From Haliotis rufescens (Eukaryota): a stretch of 64,000 nucleotides of DNA. The notes beneath the pieces were generated by a model. It was not told the DNA's origin, ran no database searches, and saw nothing but the letters and a program-made list of their open reading frames with translations. Position 1 is the stretch's first letter; every line of letters starts with the position of its first letter. The stretch spans positions 26,474,001-26,538,000 of the forward strand of contig NW_025964223.1 of assembly GCF_023055435.1 (NCBI RefSeq), read 5' to 3'. Shown piece by piece: positions 51,792 through 62,934 of the stretch. The position numbers and the translations under genes are program-made.

Positions 51792-51891
51792 ACATGAGCT
51801 CATCAAAGAGTTCGAACAGGAGGAGAAGGAACAGCAGTCGGTGACGCGGTCGAAGATGGTGGAGGAGTTCACGCAACTGTCTTCGGAGAAT
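51792..51891 (+). CDS. MAP3K7: MAP3K7/TAK1 exon, coiled coil (HELIKEFEQEEKEQQSVTRSKMVEEFTQLSSEN)
   Basis: ttttgcAG acceptor and AAT|gtgagt donor; 100 nt, phase 2-0. Matches human [31 protein letters not shown]. Confidence 0.95.
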
Positions 51892-52102
51892 GTGAGTGTT
51901 GGTCTGTGCCTTCAGGAGTTGGTCATCAGTGAACCTGTGTTATGTTTCCATAATGTGACATTCAGACACACAACTAAAACCCGTGTTGTGTGACCCTATC
52001 TCATCATTACATGATACAATGATAACACTGTTGTTGATACATAGTTTGAATTATGGATATCAGTTTACATTACGTTTTACTGCATGAAATTTTGTTGTTC
52101 TG

Positions 52103-52598
52103 CCATCTTCCCGAGGCAAAGGAGTTAATTGACTCCAAAAGTCCAATTTTAACCCTTGCCAAACGAGGCTGGGATTTCTGGGCTCGATCGTAGTGCCACC
52201 AGTGGCTATTATGAGTTATGTCCCTCCTGTGTCCCTCCTCTTGACCAATTAGATATCACTCCACCTCTCATATCACTTGCATTTGCTTCAAACAAAATGG
52301 TAGCACCCAGTGAAGACGATCTGATCATTAATCAAAATCTGTATTGTGATAAAATGGGTCTTACTTCATGAAGTGCATCAAATTAGAAACATGAAAGGAT
52401 TTGGGAAATATCTGTTGACGCCGAGTTGGTGGAACACATGCTGTGCAAATCCTGCACCGGATGTTGATTTTGATACACGTTTTTGTATTGGACTATGGCA
52501 TAGATTCATTAGTCTAGCCAAAACAAAACTCCATAATTCCAGCCTAGGTGGAAACTGGACTTTAATAGTCTGTAAACTCCCTTGCCTACGGAAGATGG
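52103..52598 (+). mobile_element. Non-autonomous TIR element, copy 2
   Basis: ccatcttcccgaggcaa / ttgcctacggaagatgg; shares tcacttgcatttgcttcaaacaaaatgg with copy 1. Confidence 0.9.
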
Positions 52599-53799
52599 TT
52601 ATCTTCATGAAGACCATTAACTTCTTAATTTTTTATTAAGTTAATATTTGCAATTCTGTTTGATTAAAATGAAGTTTTATTTCATTTCATTGTTAAGGAG
52701 CAACCAACACAGTTTCTTGTACCACTTTAAAAAAAACACTTTCAAACATTTCTAGTGAACAAAAAGTATACAAGATGTTTTACTATTTTAGATGAGACAT
52801 GAAGAGGTGGTGACTTCATTTTTCTCACATCATTTGAGTTTAGATTGTTTGTATATGTTAACATCAAAAGTCCTTTCAATGACCCATACATATCTGAAAG
52901 TTTAAGTGCAATGTGTAATAGGCAAAAAACAGATTGTTTTCCTCCTCATTGAATTAAACATCACATGTGATTGATGGATATGTATGCCTGCCGAGTTGAT
53001 GGGAATCATGTTTTCTAACTTAGCTGTGCCCCAAGGTGTGAACTAGAACCACATGGTCCAGTAGATACATGAACAGAAATGGCCTGCATCATCATGGTAA
53101 AGCCATATACAATTGTAGGTCTGCTTCCATCTCCTTCATCAAAGACCATTAATTAGCTGGCAAGACAGAGGAAGTAGGTAAATTAGCACCAGTAGTCCTC
53201 AAGTCAATAAAGGTGTCTGCTCTGGCCAATCTGTGAACATCTTGAGCTCCAGTTGTTGAAATTGATATTCATGTGTTGGTGCGGCCATCCCTCATTGTAA
53301 CTGGGTCTGAACCAACACTCCCCCTCCCCCAAGACAAATTGTCACTTTGTAATTACCCGTTGTGGGGCCACTAATGAAGAAAGTTGGAAGATTAACTTGA
53401 GATTTTGCCCGACCTATCTATTGTGGTGATGATTTTGATTAGTTTCAGGCATGAATGTCTGTTTTCATTGAATTGACGAAATTTACAGCCTCCTTTACCA
53501 CTTAACCCTTAGACTGCTGAAGTACTTTGCAGTGTCATAAGGTGGAGAACAAGAGTTCATTAAAATAGTTCTCTTCTGGCGTTTTATGGAATTTCTTTTA
53601 AATTCCTAAGTTATGGGATGCTTCTCTATGAACCTGTATAATTTTTTCTTCATCCTACCATTTCTTAATTTTTAAAATTTGGATTATCTCATCAAAGTAT
53701 ACAATTGTTTACAATTTTGTGCTTTTGTTTCTTTTGCAACCATCCCTAATAATTGTTATATCTGTGAAAAATATCGTGCTTATGTCCTAAGACTTTTAA

Positions 53800-54092
53800 G
53801 GGGGCACGGGTGGCCCAGTCGTCCAAGGCTCTGTGATTCGCTGTGCAGAGTTGTGTCCCTTGGGCACGCCAGAAACCTGTGATTATGGGTTCGAATCCCA
53901 GTTCGCCCCGATTATGTTTCTAGGTTCGTCAGCACCATACCCATGCTTGTGGGTTCAGCGAAGTGGTAAACGTCAGAGACCTGCATCACTTCGGGCTTTC
54001 CTCCCACATTAAGCTGATATGCCATGATATAATTGGAATACTGTTAAAAGTGGTGTTAGGCCCAACTCACTCACTCACTCACTCACTCACTC
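53800..54092 (+). mobile_element. tRNA-derived SINE family A, full length, with 11-bp TSD
   Basis: A box GGTGGCCCAGTCGTCCAAGGC, B box GGGTTCGAATCCC, (CACT)n tail. AAGACTTTTAA duplicated at 53789-53799 and 54093-54103. Confidence 0.92.
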
Positions 54093-54339
54093 AAGACTTT
54101 TAAAATCAGGTACAGAATATCCACCTATTGTTTTTTTAAGAAATTTAACTATTCAATATGCATTTATTTATTTAAGAAAAAAAATATGAATATGATGGGA
54201 ATTTTATTTCCTGAAATGATCAAGTAAATTGTGTGTATCTTGAATTGGCTTTTGGACAAGAGATTGCAAATGTACCAGAAAACTAAAAAATAGTGTGCCA
54301 GGTAATTTTGTCCGTTCAGTTAGGCTTAGACTCTCCATC

Positions 54340-55655
54340 AATAGAGGTTACCAGATAGATGTTCTCTATCAATAGGTGTTACTTCATATGATGTGTTCTC
54401 TATCAATAGGTGTTACTAGGTAGGAGGTGTTCTCTATCAATAGGTGTTACTACATAGGAGGTGTTCTCTATCAATAGGTGTTACTACATAGGAGGTGTTC
54501 TCTATCAATAGGTGTTACTAGGTAGGAGGTGTTCTCTATCAATAGGTGTTACTAGGTAGGAGGTGTTCTCTATCAATAGGTGCTACTAGGTAGGAGGTGT
54601 TCTCTATCAATAGGTGTTACTACATAGGAGGTGTTCTCTATCAATAGTGTTACTAGGTACAAGGTGTTCTCTATCAATAGGTGTTACTAGGTACAAGGTG
54701 TTCTCTATCAATAGGTGTAACTAGGTAGGAGGTGTTCTCTATCAATAGGTGTTACTAGGTAGCAGGTGTTCGCTATCAATAGGTGTTACTAGGTACGGGG
54801 TGTTATCTATCAATAGGTGCTGTTAGGAAGGAGGTGTTCGCTATCAATAGGTGTTATTAGGTACGAGGTGTTAACTATCAATAGGTGCTGTTAGGAAGGA
54901 GGTGTTTGCTATCAATAGGTGTTACTAGGTACGAGGTGTTACCTATCAATAGGTGCTGTTAGGAAGGAGGTGTTCTCTATCAATAGGTGTTACTAGGTAC
55001 AAGGTGTTCTCTATCAATAGGTGTTACTACATAGGAGGTGTTCTCTATCAATAGGTGTTTCTAGGTAGCAGGTGTTATCTTTCAATAGGTGCTACTAGGT
55101 AGGAGGTGTTCTCTATCAATAGGTGTTACTAGGTAGGAGGTGTTTTCTATCAAATGGTGCTGTTAGGAAGGAGGTGTTCTCTATCAATAGGTGTTACTAG
55201 GTACAAGGTGTTCTCTATCAATAGGTGTTACTACATAGGAGGTGTTCTCTATCAATAGGTGTTACTACATAGGAGGTGTTATCTATCAATAGGTGCTATT
55301 AGGAAGGAGGTGTTATCTATCAATAGGCTCTATTAGGAAGGAGGTGTTATCTATGAATAGGTGCTATTAGGAAGGAGGTGTTATCTATCAATAGGTTCTA
55401 TTAGGAAGGAGGTGTTATCTATGAATAGGTGCTATTAGGAAGGAGGTGTTATCTATCAATAGGTGCTGTTAGGAAGGTGGTGTTATCTATCAATAGGTGC
55501 TGTTAGGAAGGAGGTGTTATCTATCAATAGGTGCTGTTAGGAAGGAGGTGTTCTTTATCAATAGGTGCTGTTAGGAAGGAGGTATTCTTTATCAATAGGT
55601 GTTACTAGGTACAAAGTGTTCTCTATCAATAGGTGCTGTTAGGAAGGAGGTGTTC
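54340..55655. repeat. 34-bp minisatellite, about 38 units (aggtgttctctatcaat + aggtgttactaggtagg)
   Basis: ggtgttctct at 54426 and 54460, and at the same period onward. Confidence 0.97.
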
Positions 55656-56955
55656 TCCTTAGTCTGCCCTCAGTAGTAACCATCTCATTTCTCTGAACAT
55701 CATCATTTTGGAGGCTTCTTTCCTTCTTAACTATTTGGTTTTTTTAGGAACAGTTCCTGTCATACATCTTGTCAGAAATATATCATACGCAATTAACAGT
55801 AAATAGATAACAGCTCAAGACACACAAACTGTTATGTATGTAAACATGTTGTAGTGCTTCTAGCTTGCCCAACACAAACAGCAGCGGCACACTGGTGTGA
55901 CAGAAAACAAAGAAAATGTTAGTGTACAGATAGCAGAAGCATTTATAATGGAATGTTTGCTGTGTCAACACTCCAGTGTAGCATGGAAGAAGTCTGAAGT
56001 ATATTAACATTTTCTGATTTGTTTTAGGAAAATAGTTTTCAAACAACAACATCTAAAACAAATCAATTCAGTAACGAATTGTGTTGAATCTTTCTTTTTG
56101 GGGAAAATTACAATGAAATTGTTGATTTGAAGTTTTTATGTGGTACTTTCTCCTAACATATGCATTCTGTTGAAAACAGTGGCAGCCTATTACATGCTGT
56201 GATTGTTGTGTTTATGTAAAATATTTTTGTTCTTTTAACAGACAAGAATTCTTTTTGGTCTATTTGTATGATGTAAAATGCGGGTGTATTACAAATGCAG
56301 GAAGGATGGTGTAATTCAAACTTTATATTGTCCATAGTTTAACAAACTCTTTTATTTTCTGATTTAATCAGTGGTAAATTACGTTCTCATGTCTTGGTGA
56401 TAACCTTTCATTCCTTGGGGGAATATGGTGTCATGATGTTTTCATTGTAACGTGAATGATGACAACTTAGATATCACCATAAGAATTTAATCAATGGCTG
56501 GGCTTGCTCGTTGTAAAAAGAAAAGCTGTCTTCAGCTTTAAATAATGGACTTTTCTCTCCAAAGGCCTTTTCCAACAACTTCACCTTTGTCGGCTGTTAT
56601 GCAATTATTATGTTTTTTCTCCTTCCTCAATCTTTTCAAGGAGAGAAAAGGATTTCCAAATGTTGCCAATATTTCAATTGACATTATTAAGTGACAAAAA
56701 TATTCCCTTGATAAAGTCATTTGATATTGAATTACCAATCCCTAAGTTTTTTTTGTTAATGTTGTTTCATTCTGAAGTAATAGTTACCATGAAGTCGGAG
56801 AACAATTTTTTTAATGTGTATAAGTTTAATGTAGTTGCTCATGTTTTCAGTCACTGGTTTGTGTTGTCCAGATTAATTTACAGGCTGCCTTGGTAGGAAT
56901 TAAAAAAACACGTGTTAAATGCTTTGAATGGAACCGAAATCCTCACTACAACTAA

Positions 56956-57123
56956 GGGGCGGTGGGGTATCCTAGTGGTGAAAGCATTTGCTAGTCATGC
57001 TGAAGACCTAGGTTCAATTCCCAACATGGGTACAATGTGTGAAGCCAATTTTGATGTCCCCAGCCGTGATATCACTGGAATATTGCTAAAAAAGCTTCAA
57101 CAAACCATATTCACTCACTCACT
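56956..57123 (+). mobile_element. SINE family B copy
   Basis: ggggcggtggggtatcctagtggtg...ggtacaatgtgtgaagcc...gaatattgctaaaa...cactcactcac. Confidence 0.88.
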
Positions 57124-57313
57124 TTTAAAAAATATGAAACCTCAACACCACAGAATATTCAGTCTCAATGATCTGCTAAACAGATTCTGTTGGTCATAAA
57201 AGGCAAGATAGCAATCTTAGTGCTACAACAAATGTATCTCTAGGGTAGAGTATGGTATTTTGGACAGAGTATAAAGTAGAGTGAATATTGTGACATTTCT
57301 GTTCCCTTTTCAG

Positions 57314-57403
57314 GAGAGTCTACTGGCTGCTCACAGAAGTCTAAAGCAACAAGTGGAAGAAATACGTCAAAATCAAGCCAGAAGATTTGTACCACCTACT
57401 TAG
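57314..57403 (+). CDS. MAP3K7: MAP3K7/TAK1 terminal coding exon (ESLLAAHRSLKQQVEEIRQNQARRFVPPT*)
   Basis: ccctttttcAG acceptor, phase 0, TAG at 57401-57403. Aligns with human [28 protein letters not shown]. Confidence 0.92.
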   Translation, partial: ESLLAAHRSLKQQVEEIRQNQARRFVPPT

Positions 57404-57431
57404 CTGCTCTAAGGATATGGAATGATCTTGC

Positions 57432-57450
57432 GTGTGTGTGTGTGTGTGTG
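57432..57450 (+). repeat. (GT)n microsatellite in the proximal 3' UTR
   Basis: About 9 GT units roughly 30 nt after the stop codon. Confidence 0.9.
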
Positions 57451-58393
57451 CTAACCTGCAGGAATATGCAGAAACAGAGAGTAACTTTAAAAGACTAGTG
57501 GTGGATGAATTGTTCATGCATTTGTTTGTTGTATGATGTTGAGAAAGTCAGCTGTAACTGACAGCTTTTTGAAGGCTGTTCCTGAGAGACAGTGCAGCCA
57601 TTTTGTAGAGCTACCTGTGTGCATGTTGTCACAGCAACCAGACAGTATGACAGTGTTGCCGACTGTAGATGATGACCTAACAGAAAACCTGACTCTTACA
57701 GTGGGAATTACATATACATAATGTTGTGTGATTTCCGCTTGATGTGATCTAAACTTTTTCGTGTTGAATGATGTCCTTTATTTCAAGACATTTGATATTT
57801 CCTGACAGCTTAGCTCCATGCCTACCTGATATCAACTCCCTCAAAATCAAATTTGTATAAAATATTAAAAAATATGAGAATTCTTACTATTATCTGTAGG
57901 CTTGTCTGTTTGTGACCATGACCACACTACCAGGCTTGAAGTTCATCTACCCGGGATGGTTAACATCTTCATCTTTCCTTGTTGTTGTCACTGTAGATCT
58001 TTGTAGGAATATCTTAATTTTGCACACAGATAGTATTTTGTCTTGAGAAATATCAGCAGAATGTTACAGGTAAATCGCTCTGATGTAATTTTATCACCCC
58101 CAGAGACAATGTTCTGTTTTGTGGATCATGTGACTGACACTTTGACACTAACTTCTTCATCTACAACCCAAATACTTTGTGATGCTAGGGCTGTAGTATG
58201 AAAGCACCCTAATGCCATATGTAGAAATAGTTTTACCTCATTCGAAGGACTTTTGATCTTTTGGATACTTTTGGAACAAAAAGGAAACATTGCTCAATGA
58301 CCAATGTACACTGGTATATACCACTTCACTTCAGTATGAGCATGTGTTTTACTGATAAAACACCATTAAGAGATCCTCAGCTTGATCCAAAAG

Positions 58394-58625
58394 TTGGTTT
58401 GCTTGTTGTTTGACCCCTCACTCAGCAATATTCCAGCTACATGACACTGGTCTGTAAATAATCGGGTCTGGACCAGACAGTCCAGTGATTGACATCATGA
58501 GCATCGATCCACACAATTGGGATATGATCAACCAAGTCACCGAGCCTGACCACCGGATCCTGTTAGTCGCCTTTAACGGCAAGCATGGGTTGCTGAAAAC
58601 CTGAAGACCTAATCTTCAGGGTGTC
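58394..58625 (-). mobile_element. SINE-like family C copy, antisense, in the putative 3' UTR
   Basis: ctcagcaatattccagcta...gtaaataatcg...gagcctgaccacc...ttagtcgcc. Confidence 0.85.
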
Positions 58626-59261
58626 ATCAAAAAGACCCATGTAGGAGATAAAACGTCCTAAGTAGGAGACCAATGTAGGAGATTAAAGACCTTTGTAGGA
58701 GTAGTCTTGAATGTATTATATAGGAGATAGAATGTCCTATGTAGGCATATATTTTTCTGAAGAGGAAATAAAAAGAAATTTCCATGTGGCACCAGGAAAC
58801 TTCTCTATTGTTGATGTTACTGTTGGTATAGAAGGATACATGGATATATTGGAATATTGTTATTTTTAATATGGCATCACATGAACTATCTTCTGATGGT
58901 ATGGAGTGCAAGGAATGATAAATCAAAGTCAAGGGGTCCTTGTCATACACCTGGAGATAAACATTACTTGATTAAAACACTAACACTGGTATGGACAAGT
59001 AATTAGCTGTCACTGTCAGATTACTTGACAAAGTGTTCTTGTTTTGGTTGGTCTTTGTCACGCTTTACCTTTGATGGTGCTACGCAAATCCTCAACAGGA
59101 CAGGTTTTACTGTCCACTGTAGGACATGGAGAAATGACCATTGCTGTACCAGAAGCTACCACATGAACTGTCTTTTAATATTCTTTGTTTTATCAAAGCA
59201 CATTCTTATTTTGCTTAATTGCAAAACATCATAGTGCTATGGTGATGTAAAATGAAATGTA

Positions 59262-59278
59262 AATAAATGTACAATAAA
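59262..59278 (+). terminator. Candidate polyadenylation signals for MAP3K7 (implies a 3' UTR of about 1.9 kb)
   Basis: Two AATAAA hexamers at 59262 and 59273 followed by GT/T-rich sequence. Other A(A/T)TAAA hexamers lie near 58680-58980, so the site is not unique. Confidence 0.45.
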
Positions 59279-59337
59279 TTACTTTTAGAATTGCTTGTAG
59301 TTGAGAAGTGTTTTTGAAGTTACTTATGGTTAGATGT

Positions 59338-59585
59338 TTTGTTTGTTGGTTTGTTTGTTTAACGCCGCACTCAGCAATTTTCCTGCTGTAGGATGGCGGT
59401 TTGTAAATAATCGAGTCTGGCCCAGACAATCCAGTGATTGACATCATGAGCATTGATCCATGCAGTTGGGATACAGTGACATGCATCTACCAAGTCAGCG
59501 AGCCTGACAACCCGATCCCTTTAGTCACCTTTTCTTGCAAGCATGGGTTGCTGAAGTTCTATTCTAACCCAAATCTTCATGGGGT
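59338..59585 (-). mobile_element. SINE-like family C copy, antisense
   Basis: Collinear with the 58394 copy. Confidence 0.85.
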
Positions 59586-61644
59586 TATGGTTAGATGTGT
59601 GTGGAAAGTCAACACTGTTGACTGTTCACCAATATCAGTATTCACTTATGTCTTACTACTTCAGCCCCACACTCCCACCTTGTCTGTGGGCCACTATCTC
59701 TTTTTCCCAAGGACCACATGCTGCCTTTCAGATGTTCATCATTAATCCATTAAGAAGTCATCCTACCAGATGGCTGTGATGCTGGAAGTCAATATGATTC
59801 AGCTGATGAAAAAGATAGAACCAAAGTCACATAATTTCTCCTTTGCTTGTTTTCGTTTTAAATTGATACTAATTTGACTGGGTGCAGGGATCATCAGCAC
59901 TGACAGCGATGCCATGCATGAATGTTGGTATTGTTTACAGTGTTCAGAGCAGATCATTTTGCACAGAAGTCCTTATTAAACAATGACAATGGCTGTCACA
60001 GCACTGACAAGCCAGGCACATGATCTGAATGTGTAAAACACAGACTGGATCAAGCATGCTATCAGCTTCAGCACAATCAGGTGGTGTCATGAAAGCTTCT
60101 TGTTTTGACTGAGTGGGAGACTATTGTCACAACATAAGTTGATACATATGGCCTCTACTCGAGGTGTTGACTTGACTAGTTCGTAAGGTGAAAACTCAGT
60201 GTAGCCATTTCATGGTTTATGTCTAATTGGGTTTTCATACATTAGCTCTGCACAAATATAGTTAACTGTGGTGATGGCTGGACTCAAATTCCTGTCTTCC
60301 AGTTAGTATTATGATCAATGCAGCTGGAGCATGGCTAGGGAACAGTCTGTACTAATGTGGCAAATGATACAGTACTTTAGCCAATATCATAATACATTCT
60401 TGCAATTTAAGATTCGATCAGCCATTTATGTCATTACACCTGCCCAGATAGGTAGTCCACAGTCAGTCTTCGGCTATAATCATTCCCGTATATGTTGTGA
60501 TGTATATTATATAGAGTTGTTAAAAAAATCAAATGATCGTCATTGAGAAACATACATGGCCGATACAATGGAACAGAATTGGATTGGGTGCATGATGCTA
60601 TAACGATGGCATGGCAGGAAGACCATGATGTGTTTGTCACTAAAGGTTGGAAATACTGAATTTCCTAGCTACATGAAACAGCGTGCTTTTGAAATGATAT
60701 CTGAAGTTGACGAGTCACGTTTGGTGGACATTGTGCACCGCTGGTAACACGAAGTATTGTTTATTGTCACGAGTGTACGTCTGAAGATCACATTTCAAAG
60801 TAAACTATAAGCTATACTCTTTAAGTTATTGGAACGTTGAAACTTAATTAAAAGAAGCCTCATATTACGTCTTTGGTAGATTGATTACTACAGGTATAAA
60901 CAGGTTGTTCCTGGCTCACTTACAGCAGACTCTGGTTTCACTCTCAGGATAGTCTCAGGTATCTTTTCATTCTACAATGATGAGTAAAAGTTGTCGACCA
61001 TATTCAAGTTACATCACCTGAAAGTAGTCGAGTCTGAGTCAGGCATGCATGTGGATGACAGCATTGTCAACGATCAACACCAAAAGGCTACAGTGGCGCA
61101 CAACGAACCAGCGGAGACATCGTGGCCACCCGATACACATTAGCCGCCTCTAACAACAAGAATGGAGTACTGGTGACCCTGGATTCCCGACGGGATTTCA
61201 CCTCATCTCATCCATAATTTCTTTAAGGGCATTACATATTTTTTTATGACGCTCTCCTAATATGTGTATTATTTTGTTATAGTATTTGGCAACCCTCCCT
61301 TGATTCCCTCTGACCCGCTCCCCCTATAATAAATGACCGGTCACACTTATGTCAGAAAGGACCGATATCTAATTCGGCAGAAGAGAGACAGGTCGGTAAC
61401 TTTAGTCTCTTTAATTGAGACGCACGATCAAGACTTTATATCTGCAGAGATAAGGAAACGACGGATTGCTAGGCCGTAAACACTGTTTTAACTGACATTG
61501 AGTGTAACGACGGGACGAGACATTGACGTGATGGTATTTTCAACATGAAGCGAATGCCCAAGCACTAGAACACCTTAATGGGAGTAACAAAATGGATAAT
61601 TAGATCTTTCTTTTTTTCATTACCCGTTTTATATCTTTTCCCTA

Positions 61645-61910
61645 GCGGGGGCCAGTCGTCCAAATCGTCACATTTCACTATACAGAGTTGCGTCTCTTAG
61701 GTGTGCCAGGAATGGATGTGGGTTCAAATCAAGATTCGCTCTGATTATGTTTCAAGTTAATCAGCACCATACCCGTGCTCGTTTCAACCATGTGGTAAAC
61801 GTCTTATACCTGCATGACTTCGGCCTTTCCTCTCGCATCAAGCTTGCATGCCCTGTTATAACTGGAATACTGTTCAAAGCGTCGTTAAACCGAACTCACT
61901 CACTCACTCA
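61645..61910 (+). mobile_element. SINE family A copy
   Basis: cagcaccatacccgtgctcg...acctgcat...tataactggaatactgttcaaag...(CACT)n. Confidence 0.88.
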
Positions 61911-62934
61911 CAAAAGTGAATGATATTAGTGGCAATAAATAGCACTGACCTTTCATATATCATAACTTTTTATAAATACATCATTGAAATTCTAAACTTA
62001 ACAAACACTTCTATCAACTTCAGTCACATTTTCCCGCGTTTGGGACGGCAAGTTACCACAGAAGATACTGAACTTACGGTCTTATAGGTGACCAAGGAGG
62101 ACCGAAATTCAGAAAGAATTACTGCCCTTTGTTTGGTGAAAATACTTCAGTAGAAGAATAAAGCGGACATGGTTAATGTAAAATGACGAGATTGTTTCCT
62201 CACAAAACACTCTGCTTGTAATTTTCTTCTCTTGACAGAGGTTGTTGCGCTTCTCCGAGACATATTAACACCAACTTGGAGTACACGGAGTGTTCCTGAC
62301 CCACCAGCCTAGACAATTACAGAGGCACTGCTTTCACGATAATCACTGACTCAATCCAGACTACTTTCAAATTAGATCTCATTTCATATGACATGGGCAA
62401 CCAACCTAACACAATGAGCCCCTCCAATCATGCTGAAAACTACGTTACCTAGTCCTTTTAAGTGATATGGCTTCCGTGAATAAGGGACTTCGCCTACCCA
62501 GGTTCAAAATGGCATAACCCGCTCGTTGTAATTGTCTCTTACTTTCACATGCATGTAAGTCGGTAATGAAAATTTGTTTGGCTCCTGTCTGTCTTTGAAA
62601 TGTTCAAATGTGTAATCAAGGTGGACGCGACCTTTCGCCGTCTACAACGGTCATTCGCACGCAAAACCCCGGGGGATAGGAAGGCTGGTCAGAATACGGA
62701 ATCACCAGGTCGGTACGTGGGGTGGAAGCCCTAATGAGAGGGGCGGATGTTGGGAGGACGATTAGACGCTCGTGGACCGCGACACAGAATCTAGTGAGCG
62801 TATTTGGTATACTTCATTTAACTCTCGTGTTTGTGATATAGCTTCTTGGACACTTGTAACCATATCTATTGAACCTTTATTGACTTGAGAGGCGTTGTAG
62901 TGTACGGTACAATTCATTCGTATGTAGTGTAGGT

